Positions 13,801 through 25,864 of a stretch of 64,000 nucleotides of DNA are shown here, piece after piece. Where the stretch lies: the NCBI GenBank assembly GCA_976551045.1, contig CDPCPM010000005.1, forward strand, positions 22,816,001-22,880,000, written 5' to 3'. A program made the translations under genes and the position numbers. Under the pieces are notes generated by a model. It worked only from the letters and a program-made list of their open reading frames with translations, made no database searches and was not told the origin of the DNA. The first letter of the stretch is position 1. Every line of letters starts with the position of its first letter. This DNA is from Glaucostegus cemiculus. Its lineage: Eukaryota.

Positions 13801-14368
13801 TAATGGAACCAAACATTTCTATTAATTGGTTTCCAGTGTCTATAGAGTTCTAAATTAATTTGCATCATGTTCCTAACCACATAATGGAAGTGTATACCAA
13901 GGAAATCTAGCTTTGTCTTTATAAAGCTTCCTCAGAACAAAGACCAATAATAATACTGTATTTCAAAATGTTGTTGATTTAAACATCAATAGTAAGTATC
14001 TGAGCTCAAATATTAAATGCACAATATTCTTTAAATGTAGCACCATTTAATACCTGCATTCAAGCCACAACATTTTAATGTTCCTTCCTATGAAATGACG
14101 AGGGAAAAATATACTGAAGCTGGCCAAAAATCTCTAGAGTTTTAGCTGAGCTCTCTTCAAATTAACTCTCTCTGCTTCAATCACAAATTGCAAGTTGTTT
14201 TATTCTGCAATGTAGTTATTGCAAATATATTTTACTAAAGTGTCAAAATAGCTTTTGAGTTGCATTGTTTTTAGAGTAACTTAAATGTATTTTGAAACAT
14301 GATAAAAGCAAGCCAAGTATCCATATCCATTATGTATCTGAACAACAAAAGTATGTGTCTATTTTCAG

Positions 14369-14723
14369 GAGTATGTCAGGAGAATCAAAAGACAAAGAAA
14401 GGGATGACAACAAAGATGCAAAACCAAGGTCTTTAAGGTTCACATGGAGCATGAAGACCACTAGTTCAATGGATCCCAATGATATGATGCGAGAGATCCG
14501 AAAGGTGCTGGATGCTAATAACTGTGACTATGAGCAACGAGAAAGGTTCCTTTTGTTCTGTGTTCATGGCGATGCTCGACAGGACAACTTGGTTCAATGG
14601 GAAATGGAAGTCTGCAAGTTGCCACGTTTGTCTCTAAATGGTGTTCGTTTTAAGCGAATATCAGGAACATCTATAGCATTCAAGAACATTGCATCCAAAA
14701 TTGCAAATGAGCTGAAGTTGTGA
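14369..14723 (+). CDS. MARK1: MARK1 terminal coding exon (KA1 domain)
   Basis: Acceptor attttcag|G. Encodes SMSGESKDK...[39 protein letters not shown]...VHGDARQD...[10 protein letters not shown]. The DPNDMM and HGDARQD motifs are MARK1-type. Confidence 0.96.
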
Positions 14724-16430
14724 AGAAAATCTGTAATTATGAGATCAGGGAAGTTTCTTGTATGATATACAGTTCACTCTTGAATGTACTGGTATTATTG
14801 CTAATGTGCGTGAGTTTGGCCACCAACCCCACTTCCTCCCTCATACCAATAAACGGTTAGAAATTTCCGTCGCAATAAGGTTATATATATATTGTGATTA
14901 TAAATTGTAAAACCTGGATCCGTATGGCTTATTGTGAATTAGCTTTAACAAATTGTGATCTTATTTCCACATGTACAGGTAAGTATATTGAGCATTGTCA
15001 CAGCTTATGTTCATATAGTTGTACAATAAAGAGTAATACCTAACATCTACAGGTATTGTATAGTTGTGTCCTGATTTATGTACAGAAATGCTCATTTTAA
15101 TGTCCTATGTGTTTTTGAGCTTGAAGTTCTTTAGCACTAACTACATTTTTGGGTGTTAGATAAATAAAGATTTGTGACTTCATGTTATTGGAAGTTAATC
15201 TCCCCTTTCCACCCTGCCCAAAACAGAAGCCATTATGATCTTTTAAATCTGGATGCCCAATATGGTTCCCTCCATATTATAATATTGTCATTAATAGCAC
15301 AAAAGAACTTTTGGGAAAGTTGTCTCAGGAATTATCATTCATCTTTGAGGATGAGGGTCCTCATTTTTTTTTGTGCTCTTTGGTACTACAAATACTTACC
15401 ATTCACATTTCCAAATCTTCTATAATATAGTAAAGCTCAAATGTTTAATGGTATGATTTCCTGTCCCAGCTGTAACCTCCTGTACTGAATAGTTTACCAG
15501 ATTTCCTGTATTTATTCCAGGACAGTATACCTGTAATGTGCATTGTAATTATTAGGCCTTCACCAATTAAAGGATTTTTTTCCTTTATTACTAGTGATGT
15601 ACAATGTAAAACCACTAGTACTGGTACATTTAATACATGTTTTGTACCAAATTAACCATGTAGGTTAATTGTGCAATTGTATTTTATGTTGTAATTATTG
15701 TAATATTAGCATTTGACCCTGTCTGCACTCTTGTGACAATTTGGAAAAGTAATCAAACTCTGTCAATATGTTGTGATCAGATCTGCACTCTGATTATCAG
15801 AAGGTATACTAAACCTTTGGTTGCATAAACATGCAGCAATATTAGGTTGAAGCTTTGGATTGTAAATATTCTGTAATGTAGCTTCTTTCCTGTGGCGGTT
15901 GTGTTTCAGAATGATGTTGATCTTGCTGCCTTAGAAGATGCTTGGACAGTCGTACTTGCCCCTCCCCTTTATGTTAATTGAGAGGAGCTCAGTGCAAGGT
16001 ACATAGGTACATTTTCACTGGTGCACAATATTAAAACAAATTTGAACTGACTTGAACATGGTGTAAGTTTTATTCTATTTTAACCTTCTCATAGGATTTT
16101 TTCTTCAGATCATTGGATGTCAAGGTAAAAGGGCAATCATCCTTTAATTTACATTTTCTGTTACTTTGTACTAGCTTCCTTTCCTCACATACTATGTGAA
16201 AAGAAAGTGACATACTTAAAATATTCTTAGAAAGAAACTTGTTTATTACATTATTAATATAGACCATACAGTTCAAATAGAGAAGTAAGCAACAGTACAT
16301 CCTTTGGGCAATGAGGCCATTGGGACCAAATTTTTGTATCATAATTTTGCGGCTTGCAGTATCATTAAACAATAAAAGGCTTGTTTATATGCCATATAAA
16401 TAGAATAAATAGAATATGGCATTTTTGTCA
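14724..16430 (+). other. MARK1: MARK1 3' UTR (approximate extent)
   Basis: Repeat-free, AU-rich and TGTA-rich sequence after the stop. Several AATAAA hexamers, with a distal pair at 16371 and 16404 followed by U/GU-rich sequence. The end point is inferred. Confidence 0.55.
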
Positions 16431-17464
16431 TTTAACTCACGATACAACAGATCTTATTATGTTGTTAAAAGTTTGTTTTTTTTAATATACTTACTGATGT
16501 ATGAATTCACTTAATTATAAACCAGTTGAGATCCTTCATGTTGGTGATGCTAAAACAATAGATTTACTTTGACACTTTCTATTAGTCATAGAAAATTTCA
16601 AAAGCAAACTTGCTGGAAATATTCAATAGGCAAGGTACCATCAGTGGAGAGAAGCAGAGTTACTCTTTCCAGGACGATAACATTTCATGATAACTGAGTT
16701 CTGAAAAGGTCATCAATCGATATTAAATCTTTTTCTCTCTCAATAGTCACTTGCAGAGTATTTCCATCATTTCCTATTTTGTTTGTTTTCCAATACTTTA
16801 AATTTCTATTTAAAGTATTTTGCTTTAAATAGAAATTGCTTTCTTGAATTGTTCAAAGATAAGCCAGACTTTTCACCTTGGTATCCTTGAACTGAGCCTC
16901 CAATTCTGTTTAATCAACATCATCAATACTGCCTACTTCCTGTTCTGTAATGTTGCCCATCTCTGTCCTTCACCCAAGACATTGTTTCTGAGCTGTTAAT
17001 GTTTTTCAACTTCAATGTATAGCTTTGGCAAGGTGGGATTTTGTTCTTACCTTTTAAGTGTAGTTACAATTTTTAAACTAATTAGGCAGACTATATCCAT
17101 AACATCCCAGATAGTACAGTACATTATGCACTGACTCATCATGACTAACATCTGGATCAAAATCTGGTTCAGATTTATGGAATTAAAATATCCTTTGTCT
17201 ACTATCTTCAAATGTTTCTCTTACAAAATTGACAAGTTAATATTACCATGCTATGGGAGTTGGCTGGGATGGAAAAGGTACTTTAATGTCAGCTTTGCGA
17301 CTCCCCCCAGAGGAGTTTTTCCTGAGGACTTTAAACAAAATGTATTGAGGAACCAGAGCCCAAGTGGCAGACGAATATTAACTAGGTGGCTAGATGATGG
17401 CTCTATGTGAGTAGAGCTGGCTGTTGTGCACATAGGTAATAGGTGAACAGAGAATGTCACTGGA

Positions 17465-17765
17465 GAGGCAAGTGCAGCATAGTGGTGCAATGGCTAGCAT
17501 TGCTGTCGCACAGCCCCAGAGATGTGGACTGAATCCTGAAATTCTCCCCGTGACAGTATTGGTTCCCTCCAGGTACTCTGGTTTCCTCCCAACCAAAGAC
17601 GTGCTGGTCGGTAAGTTTATTGGTTGCTGTAAATTGTCCCAGTGCAGGTATGTGGCAGGAAATTACAAGGGAGGGGTGGGGGTGTGGTCAGGTGGATTTG
17701 ATGGTGATGTGAGAGGATAAGTAGATTCAATGTAGAGGGGAGCGTAATGGTCAGTGCTGTGTTGA
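17465..17765 (+). mobile_element. V-SINE/HE1-like SINE
   Basis: tRNA-like head, core ggtactctggtttcctccca...aaagacgtg...tgtaaattgtcc. Related copies near 29230-29570 and 59590-59885. Confidence 0.65.
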
Positions 17766-18419
17766 ATAACCGGTTTGTTTCATATGACAGCTAAGGGTGG
17801 ACAGTGTGTATCTAGGGGTGACGGTCTAACCTGTCAACGCTGGTTGGCAGTGGAATGGATGATGTGTAAATAGGTGAGCAGTAAGTAGCGAACAGCTGGA
17901 GGATGAGTAGGGAGTAAGTTGGCAATGGGTGGCCACTGGGCAATGGTGGGTCGCCTAAAGCAAAGGAAGAGGGTCTGGTTAGTGGGACTTGGCAGAGAGG
18001 CGGGCGACTGGTGTTGGAGCGGTTGGCGGTTGGATGTGGGGTGGAGGGATGTTATCAGGCTACGTTTTGGGGCAGGGTCAGCTGTTGGAAAAGCCACGAT
18101 GGCAGCCGAAAACAAACTGGGCGACGGGCGGTGAGGAAGCTGGATGGTTTGTGGTGTTGTGAGGTCGGTCGCAGTGGACGGGTAATGAGGGGCGGATTGC
18201 GGGGAGGCTGCATGGGGAGGAATCGGAGCTGGGTGTCAGGGGATGGGGCTGGCCAGAGACCGGGGGAAGAGGACCCGGCTCCGGGGGCGGGCCGGCCGGC
18301 ACCACCTTTCATTAGCGCCGGGCTACAAACTCATGGTCGATGGCCGGAGGACGAGGATCTTCCCCCTCCCCTACCAGGTGCCGGTCCCCGGGAGCACCCT
18401 ACTCTGCCCGGCGCCTGAG

Positions 18420-18686
18420 GCCGGGAGGACGCCGCTCTCCGCTTCCCCTCCCTTGCCCTGCCCCCGGGAGGACGCCGCTCTCCGCTTCCCCTCCCCGGCC
18501 CCCGGGAGGACGCCGCTCTCCGCCTCCCCTGCCCCGGCCCCCCGGAGGACGCCGCTCTCCGCCTCCCCTGCCCCGGCCCCCCGGAGGACGCCGCTCTCTG
18601 CGGCCCCGGCCCCCCGGAGGACGCCGCTCTCTGCGGCCCCGGCCCCCCGGAGGACGCCGCTCTCCGCCTCCCCTGCCCCGGCCTCC
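18420..18686. repeat. C-rich minisatellite, 7 copies of 33-43 nt (core GGAGGACGCCGCTCTC)
   Basis: Core recurs at 18425, 18468, 18506, 18545, 18584, 18617 and 18650. Confidence 0.92.
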
Positions 18687-18689
18687 TCA

Positions 18690-18870
18690 CATTACGACCC
18701 CTTCCTTTTAACCGCTCGATCCGCTTGGCACAAAGCGTCACCCGTAGCCAACGACCAATCAAACGTGACACCAATCGCAGTGTGTGTTACTCCGGCAACC
18801 AGCAGGCAACCAATAGCAGTTCCGATTCCCCTCCCCGCGCCGTAGCGGGCTGAGCCAATCGAGCTGTAGG
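18690..18870 (+). promoter_or_regulatory. CpG-island promoter of MRPL57 with four CCAAT boxes and an RFX X-box-like site
   Basis: CCAAT at 18755, 18771, 18810 and 18855; GTTACTCCGGCAAC at 18786-18799; high CpG density; directly upstream of a consensus donor. Confidence 0.75.
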
Positions 18871-18924
18871 TTACGAGGAGGTGGTGCCTGGGGCAGCAGT
18901 GGACGGGCGGAGCGGCCGGGAGAG
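18870..18924 (+). other. MRPL57: Putative non-coding first exon of MRPL57 (start approximate)
   Basis: Ends at consensus donor GAG|GTGAGT (18924/18925). A matching acceptor tttctttcaag|G opens the next exon at 24332, 16 nt upstream of the ATG. Confidence 0.65.
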
Positions 18925-19127
18925 GTGAGTGTTGGGTCTGGGTCTCTGCTGTGGCGAAAGCTGAAGGTGCTGATGGCCCCTTCCGGAGAAAGAGCCAGCG
19001 GCCCTTCAATTCCCCCCCGGTTCTGAACTTCTGAGGGTGTGGGCAGGGGGCGCGGTGAACGGCCGGGGGCGGATGTCGGGGGTGGGGTGGGGTGGATGCT
19101 GGGGGTGGTGGGGGCCGATGCTGGGTG

Positions 19128-19992
19128 GAGCGGATGCCAGGGGTACGGGGTGGTGGGGGGCAGGGGGCGGATGCCGGGGGTACGGGGTGGTGGGGGGCAG
19201 GGGGCGGATGCCGGGGGTACGGGGTGGTGGGGGGCAGGGGGCGGATGCCGGGGGTACGGGGTGGTGGGGGGCAGGGGGCGGATGCAGGGGGTACGGGGTG
19301 GTGGGGGGCAGGGGGCGGATGCCGGGGGTACGGGGTGGTGGGGGGCAGGGGGCGGATGCCGGGGGTACGGGGTGGTGGGGGGCAGGGGGCGGATGCCGGG
19401 GGTACGGGGTGGTGGGGGGCAGGGGGCGGATGCAGGGGGTACGGGGTGGTGGGGGGCAGGGGGCGGATGCCGGGGGTACGGGGTGGTGGGGGGCAGGGGG
19501 CGGATGCCGGGGGTACGGGGTGGTGGGGGGCAGGGGGCGGATGCCGGGGGTACGGGGTGGTGGGGGGCAGGGGGCGGATGCCGGGGGTACGGGGTGGTGG
19601 GGGGCAGGGGGCGGATGCCGGGGGTACGGGGTGGTGGGGGACAGGGGGCGGATGCAGGGGGTACGGGGTGGTGGGGGGCAGGGGGCGGATGCCGGGGGTA
19701 CGGGGTGGTGGGAGGCAGGGGGCGGATGCCGGGGGTACGGGGTGGTGGGGGCAGGGGGCGGATGCAGGGGGTACGGGGTGGTGGGGGGCAGGGGGCGGAT
19801 GCCGGGGGTACGGGGTGGTGGGGGGCAGGGGGCGGATGCCGGGGGTACGGGGTGGTGGGGGGCAGGGGGCGGATGCAGGGGGTACGGGGTGGTGGGGGGC
19901 AGGGGGCGGATGCAGGGGGTACGGGGTGGTGGGGGGCAGGGGGCGGATGCCGGGGGTACGGGGTGGTGGGGGGCAGGGGGCGGATGCCGGGG
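19128..19992. repeat. G-rich 37-bp VNTR, about 23 copies (GCCGGGGGTACGGGGTGGTGGGGGGCAGGGGGCGGAT)
   Basis: Period of 37 nt read directly (ATG at 19171, 19208, 19245). Units near identical, with GCC/GCA variants. Confidence 0.95.
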
Positions 19993-20238
19993 TTGGGGGG
20001 GGCGCGGTGAACGGCGGGGGGCGGATGCCGAGGGCTGTTGGTGCTGCCGATGCAACAAGTAATCGGTCTCTGTGGCGGTGACTCCTTCTGTAAGGCAGAT
20101 ACCTGGAGGCGTTGTAGAGAAGGTTCATTCGATTGATTCCTAGGATGCGCGGGTTGTCTTCTGGGGAGAGGCTGGGCCGATTCTTATTGACGTCCATAGA
20201 TCCCTCAAGGTTGCCACGCAGGTCGATAGGGTTGTTAT

Positions 20239-20863
20239 CAGAATCAGTTTATCGTCACTTTCATGTATACATGAAGGCGAGATATCGTACTCCACAGGCC
20301 AATGTGCAAAAGACATTAAAGACAATAAGGGATAACAGGACAAAAACATCAAAACATTGGAGCCGCATGGACTTTGGTCTGCTGGTACAACACGTCTCCC
20401 AGAACCTCAACATTACATGCCCCAGCCTCACCCCACACCGACGACCACCTCCAGCCCCTGCAGTCCGACGATCTCAGGCCCCGCAGTCTGACGATCTCAG
20501 GCCCTGCAGTCCGACGACCTCCGGCTCCTTCACCTCCGGCTCCGCAGGCCGACCACCTCCGGCCCCGGCTCTGCAGGCCGACCACCTCCGGCCCGGGCAG
20601 CTCCCTCACTGCCCGCAGCCCGAGGCCACCACGAGGCTCCAGGGCCTTCAACACACTGTCGCCTCCGATGAGCTCCAACGAGCTGTCGGAGCCGTCAGCA
20701 CAGACAGCGGCTCCATAAAACGAACACCAAGCACACAAACATCGGGAACAAAGAACACAAAAAAACCAGCACAAAAATGCTAAAAGACTAACAACAAACA
20801 CAAAGCACTACAGACCCGGCAGAGACCGCTGCAACCATGTGCACCGCCATCTTGGATGATTCA
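20239..20863 (-). mobile_element. Short non-autonomous Rex/Babar-like retroelement inserted in a CR1
   Basis: Minus strand begins near CAAGATGGCG and ends in GATAAACTGATTCTGA, similar to the tail at 42790-42875. Flanked by GTTAT duplications (20234-20238, 20864-20868). Confidence 0.65.
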
Positions 20864-21500
20864 GTTATGAAGGCGTATGGTGTGTTGGCCTTCATTGGTC
20901 AGAGCATTGAGTTCAAGAGCTGCGAGGTGATGTTGCAGCTCTATAGAACTCTGGTCAGACCACACTTGGAGTATTGTGTTCCGTTCTGGTCGCCTCGTTA
21001 CAGGAAGGATGTGGAAGCTTTAGAGAGGGTGCAGAGGAGATTTATCAGGATGTTGCCTGGATTGGAGAGCATGTCTTATGAGGAAAGGTTGAATGAGCTA
21101 GGGCTTTTCTCTTTGGAGCAACACAGCATGAGAGGTGACTTGATAAAGGTGTACAAGATGATGAGTGCCATAGATCAAGTGGACAGTCAGAGACTTTTTC
21201 CCAGGGTGACAATGGCTAACATGAGGGGATATAATTTTAAGATGATTGGAGGAAGATTTAAGAGGGATGTCAAGGGTAAGGTTTTTACACAGAGAGTGGT
21301 GGGTGCGTGGAATGCCATGTCTGCAGAGGTTGTGGGGCAGATACATTAGGGACATTTAAGAGGCCCTTAGACACATGAATAATAGAGAAATCAGGGGGCG
21401 GCTATGCGGGAGGGAAGGGTTGGATAGATCTTAGAGCAGGATAAAATGTCAGCACAACATTGTGGGCTGAAGGGCCTGTACTGTGCTGTAATGATCTATG
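20864..21500 (+). mobile_element. CR1 3' fragment (continues the piece at about 20190-20238)
   Basis: KAYGVLAFIGQSIEFKSCEVMLQLYRTLVRPHLEYCV...FTQRVVGAWN plus 3' UTR. Confidence 0.9.
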
Positions 21501-21529
21501 TTTAGAAAAGCAATACCTACATTTCAACA

Positions 21530-22300
21530 ATTTGATTATGAGAGCAAACTTCAAAGCAGAGTATAAGGTAAATGGCAGGATTCTGGGGCAACATAGAGGA
21601 GCAGAGGGATCTGGGGGTTCATATCCACAGATCACTGAAAGTTGCCTCACAGGTGGATAGGGTAGTTAAGAAAGCTTATGGGATGTTAGCTTTCATAAAT
21701 CGTGAGATTGAGTTTAAGAGCCACAAAGTAATGATGCAGCTTTACAAAACTCTCATTAAACCATACTTAGAGTACTATGTCCAGTTCTGGTCACCTCATT
21801 ATAGGAAGGATGTGGAGGTGCTGGAAAGGGTGCAGAGGAGATTTACCAGGATGTTGCCTGGATTGGAGAGTATGGAATATGAGGAGAGACTAAGGGAACT
21901 AGGGTTTTACTCATTGGAGAGAAGGAGGATAAGAGGAGACATGATGGAGATATACAAAATATTAAGAGGAATAGATAGAGTGGAAAGCCAGTGCCTCTTT
22001 CTCAAGGCACCAGTGCTCAAAACAAGAGGACATGGCTTTAAGGTTATGGGTGGAAAGTTGAAAGGAGATGTCAGAGGGAGGTTTTTCACCCAGAGAGTGG
22101 TTGGTGCAATGCACTGCCTGGGGTGGTGGTGGAGGCTAATACATTGGTCAAGTTCAAGAGATTGTTAGATAAGTATATGGAGGAATTTAAGGTAGAGGAA
22201 TATGTGGGAGGAAGGGGTTAGGTAGTCTTAGGTGTGGTTTGAAGGGCAGCACAACACGGTGGGCTTAAGAGCCTGTATTATGCTGTATTGTTCTATGGTA
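21530..22300 (+). mobile_element. CR1 3' fragment
   Basis: EEQRDLGVHIHRSLKVASQVDRVVKKAYGML...GRFFTQRVVGA and a ttctatgg tail. Confidence 0.9.
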
Positions 22301-24347
22301 TTACATAAAGTAAGGTTTTATTTCCTGAACTTCATGGGTTACCATGAGATTTGAGTGAAGGTTTCAAGCTATTACGTCTGTTCATTGGTGAGTCTATGAC
22401 CTGGTGTCACAGCAACACTGTTCAAAAGTGAATGTAGGAGACAGTTTTATTTGTAAAAGGATGGTCAGTTTTTGAACTATCTTTCATAAATAGCAATTGA
22501 TGCCAGGACAATTGTAAATATTAATCTCAAGATTAAAAGTTTAGAGTTAATAGATCTATTAAAGGATCTGGAGCAGCTGCAGCAATGTACGAAGGCTTCA
22601 ACAGAAAGTGATAACTTGCATCCCCCTTCTTCCCCCAGCAAAACTGGATTTCCTGATATAGGATTAAAGTCCCTTTTCTGTCCAGAATCTTAACAGCTAG
22701 TGTGGATGTTACAAGAAGACATATACAGGTGTCTTCCAATGGAACATAATGTTCCATGGGAGTTGATCATTCTCAGCTGAAGTATTCATGATCAGTATGT
22801 ATGAGGAACTTGATGCCATCACCTTTGGATTATGTCTCTGAGATACAGCATCCCTATGAAAATCAAGAGCACATGAAGAATTTCTCTTGGGGCAAGGGCC
22901 TGTTTCTGTGCCGTATGACTGTGAGGTATTGGCAAGTCAGCAGAAACTGAAGCCACTGTACACAATGACAGGGTAACCAAGAATGGAACCAAACAAGGTC
23001 AATGAGGGGTGGTATGAGAGGTTCCCAGTGTGAATAATGCACCTCAGGGAATCTCCTTGGTGACTTTCATTAACTTTGTTTTAGTGATGTGGACCAGGCA
23101 GGCACCTGACAGGAGCAGTTCGGATACTGAGCTGAGAGAAATACGAGATTGATTTGAGAAGAAAAACTACGTTTACAGAGAGGAAACACAAGGTGAGGAA
23201 GTGCAGAAGTTTTTAAAGATGGAGACAATCTTTTTTGAGAATGTTCACAATGAACAGGGTGTATGGGGACAGTAAATGGGGAAAGGTATCCATTTATAAT
23301 GTACTTTCAACAACTGTTGGTTGTTCAGAAAGCAAGATGTAAAATATAAGTTGTATTGAAATTTATGACACTGAAATGGGCTATTTGGCACAACAGAGCC
23401 ATGCCAATACTTACTGCCTATGCATGCTCCAAGTAGGCCTTGTTCCACCATCTGAGCCCTTATCAGCATAATCTTCTATTTCTATATAGTTTATACATGA
23501 ACTGATCAATGTATTTGACTATTGTATGAATATTACATAAATGTTTGCCAGCAGCTGTAGATTATAACTTTGGGTTATGTTCCCAAAATACAAAATCAAA
23601 AATGCTGTACATTTTGATGTTTCTAGTGGCAAAAGAACTCTGAATGAATAAACAAGACATTGTTTCTTGCAGAGTTTATAATTTCTGACCTTGCCACTAC
23701 ACTATAAAACAAATATCAGCTTGCTTCAGTTAAAGTGGGCATGCCTAAATATGAAGGTTGTGGTTTAACATCCCACTTGCCACAATGCAGAGAGCCTAAC
23801 CACTTGTATTACCAAGTGCTGTGTTTTTGACATGCCCAATACATCCTCTCAGCCAGATGCAAAAGTTTCCATTGTATTGGGAAACTGGCATATTGTCGTG
23901 TCATTATGAAAATGTATTATTCCGCTAAAAGTCTTAAAGCAGATTAACTTGTTTCTGGCAATGTGGAAATGATCTGCCATATTTCTCTGCATGAAAGTGG
24001 CAATACCTCATAGTAATTAATTGGCTGCAAAACATCTGGAAAATCTTGAAGTACAAAAAGGTGGTATGTAAATACAAGTTTGTTCTTTTCTGGCTCTTTT
24101 ATCGGGATACAGGTTCTTTACCCAGTTGCTGAGGTGGAAGATGTTTGAAGTTCAACAGGTAATCCCTTTTAGGGTCACATCTGAACTTCCAACACTACTA
24201 ATTTTTATTTGCAGTGTATTTTTTTGTTGTTATTTCTGAACTTGCACTTGTATTATAATATTTAATTTTTTAAATCACATTCCAATTCATACTGATATTT
24301 ACTATTTTTGACATTTACTATTTCTTTCAAGGTTAAGTTCTAGCAAA

Positions 24348-24659
24348 ATGTTTGTTACAACAATTTTGCTCCGAAAAGGAATTCCAGGCAAACAATGGAT
24401 AGGGAAATACAGACGTCCAATAAAAATTACGTGGCAAATGAAGCGTAATGTAATTCAGAGGTTGGAGATTGAAAAGGAAACAGAATACTGGCTCAGCCGC
24501 CCCTGGATGACAATGGAACAAGAAAGAGGTCATGCAACACAACGCAGAACTGAGCGGTGGGAAGCCTTGAAGGCTGCCAGAGCTGCAACTTTCCCTTCAC
24601 CAAAGTACATTGAAGATCATCTAAACCACTTAAATGTAACGAAAAAGTGGGGAAATTGA
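24348..24659 (+). CDS. MRPL57: Mitochondrial large ribosomal subunit protein mL63 (MRP63), 103 aa, single coding exon
   Basis: MFVTTILLRKGIPGKQWIGKYRRP...RLEIEKETEYWLSRPWMTMEQERGHA...HLNVTKKW matches the recalled mL63 motifs IPGRQWIGKHRRP, RLEIE, EQERGHA and HLNVTKKW. Kozak context AAAATG. Confidence 0.95.
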   Translation: MFVTTILLRKGIPGKQWIGKYRRPIKITWQMKRNVIQRLEIEKETEYWLSRPWMTMEQERGHATQRRTERWEALKAARAATFPSPKYIEDHLNHLNVTKKWGN

Positions 24660-25685
24660 AGGAACTGAAGAAGGCATTTTTGAATGTGACTGCAGAAAGA
24701 TTTCTTTTGAGAAGAAGCTTCCTAATAATCATTGTAAACTCTTAACAAATAGCGCCATCGATTATGTATGATTTCTAAAGCGTTTGAAATGGCCTGTCAT
24801 CTTCAAAGTAACAGAATAATTTTATGATTATTAATATCAGGGAAATTTGTACTCTTATTCCACTGGTCCTGATAAAATTGTACATCTATTAAGAAACATG
24901 AAAATTAAATATTCCTGAACTTAATTACATTGTCTTTTATTGTCCTGGTTTAGTTTTCTCATCTTGGACAGATTTTAAGCTCATTGTACTGTAAAACTTT
25001 ACATTTTAAATACATTGTAGCTATAAGCTTGCATTTTAAACAATTTTTTTGTAATCTTATAATCAAGCTCTTGTTAAAAGAACTTGGAGGAAGAGGATTT
25101 AAAGTCTTTCTTTCTTGCCCATAATGATAAGAATTTTTAAATTCCCATTTAAATTTCATGAAAATTATACAAGCTTGGAAAGTCTTGGGTTCAGTCTGCA
25201 TCCTGAACTAACAAAAATGCCATACAGTTGTAGAGGTAAAATATATATAGCCTCCAATATATTTAGTTTGAGTAGTCAGGTTTCTGCCTTAGATAACTGG
25301 AAAAGCTACCACTGCTGGAAGTGTTGATATGAACATAAGGTGAAGATGGAATTACCTTTCCTGACATTAAACATGTGTATCTGTGGAATTATGACCAAGT
25401 GAAGGGTATTTTCTTTCAGACATGCACAGTGAAAGGAATTCGACTGAAAAATATGTGCTTATTAAAAAAAATACAATATAATGCTGTGTTTAGTCAGCAA
25501 GTATTTTATAATGTCCATCTTAACAGATCTGAAGTGTTTCACACTGCATAGTTTTATAAAAATGATATTTAAACAGAAACTAATCCAAAGCAGTATTACA
25601 AAACCCATTCCCACAATTGATTGCTGGAATCTTTTGAAGAAAATGTAATTTCATTTCACTAAGTGTACTGTATATGTACATCCAT

Positions 25686-25864
25686 CTACTTCTGAGCAGG
25701 AATAAGGTCATGAATAGATTTTCCTTGTTCAATATTTTTATCCATGCTGATCAACAGTTTAACGCCATCAACTACAAGCTGTAATTGTTGCACTTCGGAG
25801 AAACCAATTCTATCTATGTTAGAAATATCACAGACTTCACTTTCAATGGAAGCAAGGGCAGCAC
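25686..25864 (-). CDS. Creatine kinase-like gene, terminal coding exon G (179 nt incl. TAG)
   Basis: ttctctag|[61 protein letters not shown]; the PAQK terminus is typical of cytosolic CKB/CKM. Confidence 0.93.

Noticed and set aside
17465-17540. tRNA-like sequence
   Set aside because: It is a SINE head with no complete cloverleaf.
19128-19992. 37-bp periodic array as a CRISPR-like locus
   Set aside because: Units are directly tandem with no unique spacers, there are no cas genes, and the context is a vertebrate intron.
18011-20783. Long Pro-rich and Gly-rich ORFs (up to 501 aa) in several frames
   Set aside because: They arise from stop-free GC-rich tandem repeats and a CpG-rich element. 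Being open on both strands and in multiple frames, they give no evidence of coding.
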